64,000 nucleotides of DNA, from NCBI GenBank assembly GCA_951813565.1, contig OX638351.1, positions 4,544,001 to 4,608,000 of the forward strand, written 5' to 3'. The translations under genes were made by a program, and so were the position numbers. How positions within the stretch are numbered: the first letter of the stretch is position 1; each line of letters begins with the position of its first letter. Below are positions 1 to 9,670 of this stretch, piece by piece. The notes beneath the pieces are model-generated. The model did not search any database. It was given only the letters and a program-made list of their open reading frames with translations, and was not told the origin of the DNA. The DNA comes from an uncultured Poribacteria bacterium. Lineage in GTDB: Bacteria > Poribacteria > WGA-4E > WGA-3G.

Positions 1-147
1 ACTATCAGCATCCGTCGGTTGTGTTTCTAAAGCAAGTAGTGTCACATCATTTTTTTGTGCGATCTGTTTGAGAAGGTTAAATACACGGATACGCCCACCG
101 TCTGTGAGGGGATAGGGCACGGTAGGAGACAAGAAGAGAATTTTCAT
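1..147 (-). CDS. Glycosyltransferase (GT4-like), N-terminal part; runs off the window edge
   Basis: Manual translation from ATG at 147: MKILFLSPTVPYPLTDGGRIRVFNLLKQIAQKNDVTLLAL, a typical GT4 N-terminus (PYP..GG..R). Confidence 0.8.
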   Translation of the reverse strand, partial: MKILFLSPTVPYPLTDGGRIRVFNLLKQIAQKNDVTLLALETQPTDADS

Positions 148-238
148 GTTTTATAACAGCATACTGCTAACTTACAAACCGTTGTTTCTTGTTAATGAAA
201 TGTTTAGCCAATGTGAAAAGAAATATATTGTAGCGCTA

Positions 239-1342
239 TTAGGGAAGTTCAGCATTTGGGGTTTGATCAGGTTGTTCGGAAATCCTTACTTTTTCTTTCA
301 ATTTCTCAATTAATGTAACCAGCTTTTCTTTCAGTTGTTGACGAGAACTGAGTGTTGGCTGCGGCGGCAAGAAAATAGTACCGCGTTCACGCTGTACCCA
401 TCCCTTGATATTATCATCAACTTGGACGAGAAGCCATTTGCTTTCAAGATCAAGATAAACATTCAACAGTCCATCCTCATTTTGGATGTAGTATTTTTGG
501 GTCCCATCAGTAACTCGCCAATTGACATCATTTTCATCAGGAATCAATTTAGCATTTCGCGATAACGGAATTTTCTTAATCACAAATCCCTCGCGCAAGT
601 CTTCAGAAAAGTATCCTTCGGTTAATGCAGTCATGGCTGCTAAATCAGTCTTAAACAGAAACGTCTGAATAGGATACTTAGATTGTTGATATATATTCAA
701 TTGTTTGTTGCCATTTCTAATTTCATAAGTCTGTCGAGACTGATTATCCTTGATCAACCACTGTTTTCCTTTTGTTTCTACGGAGAGTTCTACATCTGCA
801 GAGAGTGTGGTCCTATTAGTGTTAAATGCTTCTTGTAAATTGGGTAGATAGATGTCAAGCGCATCTCCATTTCTTTCAACGCTAAAACCTGCCCCAGTGC
901 TATCCTTAAGGAGCCAATTTCTACCGCTAAGTAGTACCTTAATTGTTGATGAACGCGACCTTAATTTAATTTCTGTGCCTGAATCTGCGAACATTTTCTG
1001 CCAATTAAATACGGTTTTTAATTCCTTGTCCAATACTTCAGAACTAAACCTCGACCGTTGTCCCAGTGCCACACTAAACAGCAATTCATTTGAAAGTTGA
1101 GCACTGTTTAAATTACTAATATACTTTTTGTCAATACTAAAACGGTAGACATCTTTTGTGTATGCAATTGGTTTTGAGTTAACAGTAGGTCTACCGCGTA
1201 TGGCTGTACGCGTGTGTACTTGCAACTTCGGTGGATCTGGCTGTGCAACTGGCGGTGCTTGTAGAATATAAACACAGAAGCAGAAACCGATGATTATGAC
1301 TATAAATAAGAATAAACTTAGGAATTTTAGAGATGATTTCAT
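239..1342 (-). CDS. Membrane-anchored SH3b-like protein interrupted by three copies of a ~70-aa module
   Basis: N-terminal TM helix. SH3b pieces (AIRGRPTVNSKPIAYTK / SKYPI / WLLVQVDDNIKGWV) are separated by repeats ending W-x-[ILV]-x-D...[YF]-x-[IV]...L-x-[IV]-Y. Likely start ATG 1342. Confidence 0.75.
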   Translation of the reverse strand: MKSSLKFLSLFLFIVIIIGFCFCVYILQAPPVAQPDPPKLQVHTRTAIRGRPTVNSKPIAYTKDVYRFSIDKKYISNLNSAQLSNELLFSVALGQRSRFSSEVLDKELKTVFNWQKMFADSGTEIKLRSRSSTIKVLLSGRNWLLKDSTGAGFSVERNGDALDIYLPNLQEAFNTNRTTLSADVELSVETKGKQWLIKDNQSRQTYEIRNGNKQLNIYQQSKYPIQTFLFKTDLAAMTALTEGYFSEDLREGFVIKKIPLSRNAKLIPDENDVNWRVTDGTQKYYIQNEDGLLNVYLDLESKWLLVQVDDNIKGWVQRERGTIFLPPQPTLSSRQQLKEKLVTLIEKLKEKVRISEQPDQTPNAELP

Positions 1343-1521
1343 AACTATTATGTAAAAACTAACCAAATTTGAGGATACTATTACTTTTTAAACCGATATT
1401 AGCAAAATTTAGTTGACATTAAATTATCCTCAGCACACAATTATTGCTATTATGTTCCATTCACTTATGACTTCTCACTCAATCATCCTATTACGTTATA
1501 GTTTACACATACCAGAAAAAT

Positions 1522-2814
1522 ATGCAAGATTTAAATCCGTTAGCAATTGAACTAAATGAACAGATTCGCGCTGCCTCGCCAGAAGTTTACACGTTACTCT
1601 CAGAATTAGGAAAACGTATTTATTTTCCAAAAGGCATCTTAAGCCAAAGTGCAGAGGCGAATGAAAAAGCTGATCGTTTTAATGCGACACGCGCAGTCGC
1701 ATTGAAAGATAATGAGATAATGCACTTAGGTGTTTCACGTCAATTAGTCTCTGAACTTTCTCCTGAAACCATTTATAACTATGCCTCCGTCCTCGGTGAT
1801 ACAGAATTACGGCAGGCATGGAAAACACATCTTCAAAAAGCAAATCCACTACTTGCAGAAACAACGCTTAGTCTCCCGATTGTAACAAGTGGGATGACGC
1901 ACGGCTTCAGTCTAATCGCGGCTCTCTTTGTCAATAGGGATGACACACTCGTTCTTCCAGACAAAATTTGGGGAAATTATCGACTCATTTTTCAGACTAA
2001 AGCGGGTGCTAATATCCAAACCTACCCACTCTTCAGCACTGATAAGCATTTTAACATCAGTGGATTTAGAAAAACACTCTCTGAGACAACTACCGACAAG
2101 TTGTTGATTCTGCTGAATTTTCCGCACAATCCAACTGGATACGCTATTACGCGTACTGAAGCACAAAAGATAATAGAAGGAATTGTGGCATGTGCTGATA
2201 CCGGATGCTGCATCCTTGTGATGGTTGATGATGCCTACGCAGGCTTATGGTATGACGCAGAGGTAATGCAAGAATCCTTATTCGGTATGTTAGTTGGATG
2301 CCACCCGAACGTTGTCCCAGTGAAGATAGACGGTGCAACCAAAGAAGAATATGCGTGGGGTTTACGTGTCGGGTTTTTGACTTTCGGGTTTCCAGAAAAG
2401 TTGATGCCAGCGATTGAAGGAAAGTTAAGCGGACTAATCCGCGCAAATACCTCAGGTGTGGCGAAGATTTCTCAAACGCTTGTTCTTGAAGCGATGAAGG
2501 CACCAGATTATGCCGAACAAAAACAACTTAACTATGAGATTCTCAGGGCACGAGCAGTAAAAGTAAAACAAGTTACTACTGATGCGCGGTATGCGAATCT
2601 ATGGGAAGTTTATCCAAGCCACGCAGGTTATTTTATATGTTTATGTCTCAAGTCTGGGAATGCTGAAAAGGTGCGGCAAACGCTACTCAATGAATATGGC
2701 ATTGGAACAATTGCCCTTAGCAACACCGAATTGCGGGTGGCATATTCATGTCTTGAAGAAGCCGATATTGAGGATGTATTCAGTGTAATTGCACAGGTTA
2801 TCCAATCGCAATAA
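1522..2814 (+). CDS. PLP-dependent aminotransferase class I/II
   Basis: NFPHNPTG, DDAY and DGATKEEYAWGLRVG motifs (Schiff-base Lys). Confidence 0.9.
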   Translation: MQDLNPLAIELNEQIRAASPEVYTLLSELGKRIYFPKGILSQSAEANEKADRFNATRAVALKDNEIMHLGVSRQLVSELSPETIYNYASVLGDTELRQAWKTHLQKANPLLAETTLSLPIVTSGMTHGFSLIAALFVNRDDTLVLPDKIWGNYRLIFQTKAGANIQTYPLFSTDKHFNISGFRKTLSETTTDKLLILLNFPHNPTGYAITRTEAQKIIEGIVACADTGCCILVMVDDAYAGLWYDAEVMQESLFGMLVGCHPNVVPVKIDGATKEEYAWGLRVGFLTFGFPEKLMPAIEGKLSGLIRANTSGVAKISQTLVLEAMKAPDYAEQKQLNYEILRARAVKVKQVTTDARYANLWEVYPSHAGYFICLCLKSGNAEKVRQTLLNEYGIGTIALSNTELRVAYSCLEEADIEDVFSVIAQVIQSQ

Positions 2815-2849
2815 TAGATGTGAAAAAATAGTCGTAAAATTATTGTGTT

Positions 2850-2877
2850 TAGGGAACGGTACGAACACCGTTCCCTA
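2850..2877. terminator. Hairpin downstream of the aminotransferase (terminator or REP-like)
   Basis: tagggaacggt-acgaac-accgttcccta perfect inverted repeat. Confidence 0.55.
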
Positions 2878-2884
2878 TATTATA

Positions 2885-3069
2885 ACTCAAGTTGCTACCT
2901 ACAAGATAATTGACATAAAAAACACCTTTTTAATCGGATAGTTCACTATTAGCATAGATTTTGTAGCACGGGGAATGCCATTAAGGCATTCATACCGTTG
3001 ATAGCACTTTCAGTTTGCGCCCTTATGACACAAACTAAAAGTTTGTGCTACATAGGTAGCAACTTAGGT
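2885..3069. mobile_element. MITE family A (IS982-like ends)
   Basis: TIRs actcaagttgctaccta / taggtagcaacttaggt; 7-bp target duplication tattata (2878-2884, 3070-3076); related element at 40399-40642. Confidence 0.8.
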
Positions 3070-3125
3070 TATTATAGTGAAATCTAAAATTACTTGGACA
3101 GTTCTTTATAGGTTTGCTACGTTTA

Positions 3126-3235
3126 TAGTAAAATCCAATAATATGTTCACATTTCAATGAACAGCAATTCCCACACGCATGCGCTGGCGAGGTTTCCTAA
3201 CCTCGCCAATGTAAAGGTAATTGTGAATTTTACTA
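3126..3235. mobile_element. MITE family C, 110 bp, nested in B
   Basis: TA|tagtaaaat...attttacta|TA; near-identical inverted copy at 27602-27711; carries the ggcgagg-tttcctaa-cctcgcc hairpin. Confidence 0.85.
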
Positions 3236-3292
3236 TAATGTGAATGCCATACGGGGAATGCCAAAAGGCATTCGGACCCGGTGAATGACTAA

Positions 3293-3381
3293 TACCAAAT
3301 TAACGAGAATTGCATTGTTTTCATTGCCGATGGTAAGGGCGGGCACAGAGACCCGCCCCTACGATTTAGGGTAATTTGGTA
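3293..3381. mobile_element. MITE family D, 89 bp, TAA target duplication, nested in B
   Basis: TIR taccaaatta/taatttggta with TAA on both sides; reverse-complement copy at 40405-40493; empty site gaatgactaa seen in the B relative near 34405-34414. Confidence 0.85.
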
Positions 3382-3605
3382 TAAAGACGAATGCGCTTTT
3401 GGCATTCGCCATGATTCATACCGTTGATTTCTTGATTTGGCGCATTCACCAAGCGCAATTCATTGCGCCTCTTCTTGTGAATCAACGCCAAATACGCGTT
3501 TGGTGTTTGTCGGGAGCGACCTCCAGGTCGCGACTTTAAAACTGTAGAACACTTTGTCCGTGCCGAGTGACAATGTCCAGTTAATTGTAAAATCCACTAT
3601 AAATT

Positions 3606-4238
3606 TTATCGCGCAGCCTTTAATGCACCCCACGTAGTTGTGACTTTCCCGCCGGGTTCTACGGGGAGTTGACCGATGGTATAACGGAAATAGATATCGT
3701 CTTCTGCGTCGTTTGGACCACACCAAACCCAATTCGCTGTACAATCAGGGTCTTTCAGGATATTACGCATAGCAGCTGCCCCACCGCCCCAGATACCACC
3801 TCCGAATTTATCCATAATTTCAAGTTCATTTTCCCATTTACTATCGTCAAAATCCACTTTTTCCCAACCATCATTTCGCTGACCGATAGGTTTTCCAGCC
3901 TCACAACGCCAACCTTCTTCACCTGTGCCGATGTATTCAGGTTTATCATCAAGAATAATGTCAGCAAGGAAACCGCCTCTGCCAGCAGCACCAGGTTCAG
4001 CATCGTGTACATAGATTGCAATCACAGCAAAACCTTTATCCAGTTCAAATTCATCTACAGTGGGTTGATTCCAATGAATGTGTGCATTCACCCTTTCACC
4101 GTTGATAAAAATAGTCCAAGTATTATCACCACTAACACGCAACGTGCCCTTTTTAGGAACAGCATTCACGGTTTGTGTTAAAATTATACTGCCTATCAAC
4201 AGTATGAGTGGTAGACAAAATAAAAATCGTTTGTTCAT
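3606..4238 (-). CDS. Secreted beta-sandwich / carbohydrate-binding-like protein with C-terminal WGxLK tail
   Basis: GGAGG RBS before ATG 4238; signal peptide; DN..IFING and FDDSKW motifs; ends LPVEPGGKVTTTWGALKAAR. Confidence 0.75.
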   Translation of the reverse strand: MNKRFLFCLPLILLIGSIILTQTVNAVPKKGTLRVSGDNTWTIFINGERVNAHIHWNQPTVDEFELDKGFAVIAIYVHDAEPGAAGRGGFLADIILDDKPEYIGTGEEGWRCEAGKPIGQRNDGWEKVDFDDSKWENELEIMDKFGGGIWGGGAAAMRNILKDPDCTANWVWCGPNDAEDDIYFRYTIGQLPVEPGGKVTTTWGALKAAR

Positions 4239-4387
4239 AAAAAACCTCCATTTTATGTATTTGGTATTGAACAAATTTAAATCCGTTCAACCAAAGTATC
4301 AATTTTGGGATATATTATACCAATTCTAAAAAAAAAATAAAATCACATTTATGAGATTTTAGAACTCATACGAATGTGGATGTCCGA

Positions 4388-4410
4388 GGCGCAATGAATT
4401 GCGCGACTAC
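4388..4410. repeat. GTAG-type REP, family GTAGTCGCGCAATTCATTGCGC
   Basis: Copies also at about 3453, 6549, 7818, 34466, 37964, 38235 and 45597, all intergenic. Confidence 0.8.
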
Positions 4411-4525
4411 GAACACGTTTTCTGTTAATAAGAAGTGATTATTCAGATATGGTATTAAATTCCATCTTTACGATAAAACAACGGATTGTAAATTGTCATA
4501 ACCGTTGCTTCCTGACACCTCAACT

Positions 4526-5302
4526 TCAAAATAGCGATGGAAAATGCCGATACGGATCTGCCGGTTCACGAAACAGTATCTTTTGCCGTTCTGTTAATTC
4601 AATACCCCTCGGTTGTGCTACGCGTCGGGATGTCCACGCCATGTGTGAGACACAATATTTATACAAAAGTGATCGCCGCTGATGTTTTCCATTCCATGCG
4701 GCAGTACCGTGTGTCAGTGCCTCAGAAAACAAAATCGCTGAACCAGCAGGAGCGTTTGGAAGAGTGACACAAGGTGCTTGTTCTGGCGCTGCAGCAATCT
4801 CGTGTGGTAATCTATAATTGCTTTTATGGCTGCCGGGAATACAACAAAATCCACCATATTCGGGACCGGTATCTGCCAGATTCCATGTTACCACCACGAA
4901 TCCGTTAGTAATTTCGGTATCTCGAAATGCATAATATTCTCCCTGCTTCGCGTTTGAAGTAGGTGAAGAAGCGCCGTAGTCCGCATGTAGTCCACCTCTC
5001 GGCATTCCTTCGCGCATATACATGCCATAGATACGGTCAAGTCGAAAGCAGTCGCCTAATCGAAAACGGAGAATATCCATTATCTTCGGATTGTCAAGTA
5101 AATCACAAAACGATTTTCCCCACTGTAAAAAGCCTGCACCGTCCGGTGCACTTCCAAATCTTTGGACCTTTCCAGGTACAGGGAGTTCTTGCTCGTCAAT
5201 TCGTTGATTAAGTTCTGCCACCTCTTCAGAATCCAAGACATCCTCAATGACTAAATAGCCTTGCACGTCGAAGAGGTACTGCTGTGTCTGTAGGTCGCTC
5301 AT
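4526..5302 (-). CDS. PhyH-family Fe(II)/2-oxoglutarate dioxygenase
   Basis: FDVQGYLVI, LHAD, IPGSHK and LTHG facial-triad motifs. Confidence 0.9.
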   Translation of the reverse strand: MSDLQTQQYLFDVQGYLVIEDVLDSEEVAELNQRIDEQELPVPGKVQRFGSAPDGAGFLQWGKSFCDLLDNPKIMDILRFRLGDCFRLDRIYGMYMREGMPRGGLHADYGASSPTSNAKQGEYYAFRDTEITNGFVVVTWNLADTGPEYGGFCCIPGSHKSNYRLPHEIAAAPEQAPCVTLPNAPAGSAILFSEALTHGTAAWNGKHQRRSLLYKYCVSHMAWTSRRVAQPRGIELTERQKILFREPADPYRHFPSLF

Positions 5303-5351
5303 GAACTAACCTTCCTGTTTTATAGAATATGCTGATCCTATGTTGAAAATT

Positions 5352-6248
5352 CTACTGTGCATTATCAGTAAGTGCTAATTGTCCGGCAAGGTCTGTGATG
5401 AACTGAAATGCGACTCGACCAGAACGCCCACTGGATGATGCTTCCCACTCCAATGCTGCACGGTGTAATTCCTCTGTCGGTATAGTAATTCCTCGTTTTT
5501 GGGCATAATGCGAAACGATTTGTAAATAAGTCTGCTGCGAAATTCGGTAGAAAGCGAGTCGTAACCCAAAACGGTCGCTTAGCGATACTTTTTCCTCTGT
5601 TGCCTCGCGTGGGTAGAGTTCATCTTCTTCGTTTTGCGGATACTGGTTTTCACTGACCTGTCGAGGCATCAGATGCCGGCGATTAGAAGTTGCATAGATA
5701 AGCATGTTGTCTGGACATTCGGAAATTCCACCTTCCAACACTGCTTTCAATTCACGATATTCAGGTTCGTCTTCGCTAAAAGCAAGGTCATCACAGAAAA
5801 GGAGATAACGTTCCGGACGTTCCCACACTAATTCTGATATTTCCTGTAAATGGATAAATCCCTCTTTACTTATACCGATTAACCGAAGACCGTCGTGAGC
5901 ATAACGGTTCAACATCGCTTTAACCAAAGAAGATTTACCAGTGCCACGGTCACCCCATAGGAGTGCATGATTAGTGGGTAATCCTTGTAGAAACTGCCGC
6001 GTGTTTCTATCCAACGCCTCACATTGTGTGTCTATTCCAATTAAATCAACTGTATCAACAAGATGTGGATGTTTAACAGGAACAATCTGCGCTGTTCCGT
6101 TTTGTTGTCGCCACCGAAATGCTATATAATCGTCGAGTACCTCATTTGATGATTGTACCGCGGGCATTTGCAACCGTGTCAATAAACTATCGGCTTTCTC
6201 AAGCAATTGGCTAAAAAGTTCTTCTTGCTTATGCGTTTTTTCAGACAT
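5352..6248 (-). CDS. DUF815-family AAA+ ATPase
   Basis: LLWGDRGTGKSS, LLFCDDL, YATSNRRHLM, EEKVSLSDRFGL, GRSGRVA. Confidence 0.9.
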   Translation of the reverse strand: MSEKTHKQEELFSQLLEKADSLLTRLQMPAVQSSNEVLDDYIAFRWRQQNGTAQIVPVKHPHLVDTVDLIGIDTQCEALDRNTRQFLQGLPTNHALLWGDRGTGKSSLVKAMLNRYAHDGLRLIGISKEGFIHLQEISELVWERPERYLLFCDDLAFSEDEPEYRELKAVLEGGISECPDNMLIYATSNRRHLMPRQVSENQYPQNEEDELYPREATEEKVSLSDRFGLRLAFYRISQQTYLQIVSHYAQKRGITIPTEELHRAALEWEASSSGRSGRVAFQFITDLAGQLALTDNAQ

Positions 6249-6349
6249 TTTAGAGCGTGTACGTAATACTTTTTACAAAATCCAATGAGGGCATCTAATA
6301 CTGAATAGTCTACTCTTATTTATCAAGAATGTCAACCAATTTTGCTGTC

Positions 6350-6570
6350 CGTAAATTGGGTAAAGTTTGCGAAACCCATAGATCTAATTTTTCCTTCTTC
6401 TTGTAGGAGCGACCTCCTGGTCGCGACCAGGAGGTCGCTCCTACAGAAGACATCGGGCGGACAAAGCCCTCCCACAAGAGGATCTATCGCTAAATTGACA
6501 CCTATGGGTAGTGTTTGCGAAAATCAACAAATGCCATAAGCGCATTTGGCAATGAATTGTGCGACTACAA
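6350..6570. repeat. Cluster of REP-like hairpins
   Basis: Palindromic doublet gtaggagcgacctcctggtcgcgaccaggaggtcgctcctac (6403-6444) plus other REP families. Confidence 0.7.
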
Positions 6571-6628
6571 ACCACCAACCCAAAGAAAATGTCTACTTAT
6601 TTTTATAATTTATCATAAATATGCAATT

Positions 6629-7432
6629 TTATTGCCCAAAATTTTTCAATTGACCCCAGGTAATCGCTAATTTTCCTGTTGAATCAACAGAAAGCGGACC
6701 CTCAAACTTCAGCAAACCAAGATTTGCTGAATCGTCCGGATTCAGACCGTGCCAATCCATAAACACAAGATCCCCCTTCTTTTCAAGATCATCCGTGCCT
6801 TCCTCATACCCGGGTGTAAACCCGACTTCGGATCCTTGTTCTATTTTCACTTTTGTTAGCCATGCAAACGGCATTGCTACTTCGTAAATCATGCCGCCCT
6901 TTCCTAATTCAGGTGTTGGAACAATGGCAATATCAGAATTAGGAAGATCTGCATTTTTCACAGCACTGTAGTCAGTAACACGTGCTTTATTATTGATACG
7001 TGCAAAGTTGGGTTTACATGCAGGTTGTCCGGCTCCTATTTTTTCCCAATCAATATACAAGAAAATTGTATCACCTTTCCACGACTCAGCGGGATTTGCC
7101 GCTGGTGTAAACTCATCATCTCGGACTGCTGCAGCAAAATAGAAATTCTTTTCATCATACATTGTTGACCATGTCATTGTAAGATCGTCTTTTCCTTGCC
7201 ATGTGCCTTTACCACGTAGTAGTTCCTTCTCTGAATCGAAGGCTACCCAGACAGCGTATCTCCAATCGTCAAGTTTTCCATCAATTTTTGGCGTACTCGG
7301 TGGGATACCGGCAATCGATTCTCCATATTTCAGTCCGAACGCGTCACTGTTTTCCTCTGGAAGGAAATCTCCCCTCACTGAAAAGACAAAGAGAACACAT
7401 AAGATGGTAGATAGCATTGCTGATTTGATCAT
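6629..7432 (-). CDS. Secreted CBM9/DOMON-like sugar-binding protein with C-terminal WGxLK tail
   Basis: Signal peptide; PKIDGKLDDW, YFAAAVRDD, YEVAMP; ends LSVDSTGKLAITWGQLKNFGQ. Confidence 0.8.
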   Translation of the reverse strand: MIKSAMLSTILCVLFVFSVRGDFLPEENSDAFGLKYGESIAGIPPSTPKIDGKLDDWRYAVWVAFDSEKELLRGKGTWQGKDDLTMTWSTMYDEKNFYFAAAVRDDEFTPAANPAESWKGDTIFLYIDWEKIGAGQPACKPNFARINNKARVTDYSAVKNADLPNSDIAIVPTPELGKGGMIYEVAMPFAWLTKVKIEQGSEVGFTPGYEEGTDDLEKKGDLVFMDWHGLNPDDSANLGLLKFEGPLSVDSTGKLAITWGQLKNFGQ

Positions 7433-7463
7433 CTTTTTACTCCTTGGGTGTAGAAATTCTTTT

Positions 7464-7661
7464 CTACGACTTATTATCAGAATTGTTGAATATCCGTCTC
7501 AACCATTCTTCAAGGTGTACATCGTTAGAAGCCTCTCTCAAAAGCCACATTCCACCTAATCTAATACCCCATGCAATAGTAATCGCGAGAATCACAGTAA
7601 AAAATAAGGTTGGTACCAGGTATTGTAGTGCTCCTCTAATGAATATTTCTAATGTGGACAT
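7464..7661 (-). CDS. Small single-pass membrane protein (65 aa)
   Basis: AAGGAG RBS upstream, one hydrophobic helix, same strand as neighbours. Confidence 0.6.
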   Translation of the reverse strand: MSTLEIFIRGALQYLVPTLFFTVILAITIAWGIRLGGMWLLREASNDVHLEEWLRRIFNNSDNKS

Positions 7662-7881
7662 TAATATGCTCCTTATGTATAAACTTAGCAGAATAATTCA
7701 CTACATTTTACCTATTCACTCTATATCTGTCAAACAAAATACGTAACTACAGAGCCATTCAATTTTCAGTTTGAATGCAGGAAGTGTGAAACAACACCTC
7801 AAAAGACGTTAAAAAGAGGCGCAATGAATTGCGCGACTACAAACGCGCGTTGTTTTAATGAAATCAATGATTTAGGAACGA

Positions 7882-9597
7882 TTAAGCATCATTATTATTT
7901 GAGGAAGGGACCGCAGGCTCCACATACAATGTTTTTTCGTGTGTATAGTGGACGTAACCCGCAACGTTGCCTTTACGTTTCACAACATAGCGTGCCCAAG
8001 TATAATCTACAGGAACATAACTGGAGTGGTGTGCTTTGCTGAAGTATGCGGCAAGCTGCGCGGCTTGTAATAAGGTGGGCATTGGAATGTCCGGTCGGTT
8101 TTCTGGGTTACGGATAATGACATGCGACCCGTGAATCTGTTTGGCATGAAGCCACATATCACGCGGTTTGGCAATCTGACGCAAAAGTAGATCGTTGGAT
8201 TGGCTATTACGACCGACATAGATATGAAAACCGTTGGTAGAAATATATTTTCGGAAAGGACCTTTACTTATTTCCTGCTGATGTTTGCCACGCTGCTGTG
8301 TTTTCAGGTATCCATTTTCAGTAAATTCCGCATGGAGACGACTTAATGTCTCAAGCGTATCCGCAGATTCGACTTTGTATCCATAAGTACGGAGCACCTC
8401 TTGTTCCGCTTCAAGCGCAGCAAGCCGTTGTTGTATTTGCGAATATCCACGTTTTGCTTTGGTGTATTTTTTAAAATAAGATTGGGCATTTTCGGAAGCG
8501 GTTTGCTCTGGATTCAGCGGGATCGTTAGTGTTTCGAGTTCAGGACTATAGTAATTTTGCAATGAAACCTGTTTTTGTCCGCGAGCGATTTTGTTAAGAT
8601 TTGCAAGTATAAGTTCGCCTTGAATGCGATAATCATCAGATTTTTCCGCCCGTTCCAAATCTTCGTATAGTCCTTTTTCCTTGCGCTGTAGCAGATTTTT
8701 CTGTTTTTCTAACGCCTGTATAAGAGTGTGTTTTTCCGATACCATCTTCTCTTTCAAAGTGATTGCATCGTAGTAGGCGATGAGTGCTTCGCTCATCGTG
8801 TCAAAAGTTTGAGAGGTAGCATTTGAAAATTGATGTAACGGCATTGGTGTGGCAGCTATTGGGTTTTCTCCATCTACGATTAATTGTGGCGAAGCGTCCT
8901 TTGGGTCAAAATACGCAATAACTTGTTGATATGCCTCCCATAGTCCAGTTTTTTCTGAACGGGCAACAATCTCCTTCGCAAGTGTTGGACTCAAACCATC
9001 TATCTTACTAAAAAGTGATTTCCAAGCGACGTCTGATATCTCGAAAAGTTCCTTAAAAGTCTCTTTATCCAGAGTCAATGGATCTAACTTGTCCTGCTGA
9101 GGTGGCAAGGCGTAGGTCTCACCGGGCAACACTTCTCTGTATCGGCTCATTGTTTCGTCAATATGTTTCAGGCATTCCAAAATTCTGTCATCGGTTTCGT
9201 CAATCAGAATGATATTGCTGTGTTTCCCCATAAATTCAGCGATGATTGCTTTCGGAGATGGCTGTATCGGTTCGTCAGATTTGGGTCGGACGGTTATTTT
9301 CAAAATACGATCCCAACCGAGTTGTTCAATCCCTGTGATAGTACCGTGTTTGAGATGTGTTGAAAGAAAATCAGCGAAATAGGATTGCTTTTGACCGGGA
9401 GGCGGTTTCTGAATTAGGTGGGTACGGGCATGGACGGAATGAGCAGATAAACAAAACCAGTGAGTTTGTGCACCTTGTCCAACCTTAAATGAAAATGTGG
9501 TTGGGTTTGCTTGTTCAATGTGCCGAATTGCGCCGCCTAAAAGGGTCTGGTGGAACTCGTGCGTAACAAGGCGTAAGGCTAAACTATCAAAAGACAT
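7882..9597 (-). CDS. rqcH: NFACT/FbpA-family ribosome quality-control protein (Rqc2)
   Basis: MSFDS..L, EFMGKHSNIIL, ENAQSYFKKYTK, VGRNSQSND, WLHAKQIHGSHV, VDYT. Confidence 0.92.
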   Translation of the reverse strand: MSFDSLALRLVTHEFHQTLLGGAIRHIEQANPTTFSFKVGQGAQTHWFCLSAHSVHARTHLIQKPPPGQKQSYFADFLSTHLKHGTITGIEQLGWDRILKITVRPKSDEPIQPSPKAIIAEFMGKHSNIILIDETDDRILECLKHIDETMSRYREVLPGETYALPPQQDKLDPLTLDKETFKELFEISDVAWKSLFSKIDGLSPTLAKEIVARSEKTGLWEAYQQVIAYFDPKDASPQLIVDGENPIAATPMPLHQFSNATSQTFDTMSEALIAYYDAITLKEKMVSEKHTLIQALEKQKNLLQRKEKGLYEDLERAEKSDDYRIQGELILANLNKIARGQKQVSLQNYYSPELETLTIPLNPEQTASENAQSYFKKYTKAKRGYSQIQQRLAALEAEQEVLRTYGYKVESADTLETLSRLHAEFTENGYLKTQQRGKHQQEISKGPFRKYISTNGFHIYVGRNSQSNDLLLRQIAKPRDMWLHAKQIHGSHVIIRNPENRPDIPMPTLLQAAQLAAYFSKAHHSSYVPVDYTWARYVVKRKGNVAGYVHYTHEKTLYVEPAVPSSNNNDA

Positions 9598-9670
9598 AGG
9601 TGGAGTCTCTCTTTAGATGTATTGTATTACTAATGATATTTAAGTTGAATCCTATATCATCCTTCCACTT

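Larger units (their letters stand above)
3075..3599. mobile_element. MITE family B (TA-flanked, IS630/Tc1-like ends) carrying nested elements
   Basis: TA|tagtgaaatc...ggaca ... tgtcc...atccacta|TA; a shorter relative at 34291-34534 shares internal blocks. Confidence 0.7.

Noticed and set aside
455..1150. Inteins as the explanation for the inserted modules
   Set aside because: Too short, and they lack the N-terminal Cys/Ser and C-terminal His-Asn splicing residues.
2821..3600. Possible CRISPR array in the repeat-rich intergenic regions
   Set aside because: Repeats are heterogeneous hairpins and TIR-bounded elements without constant repeat-spacer periodicity; no cas genes in the window.
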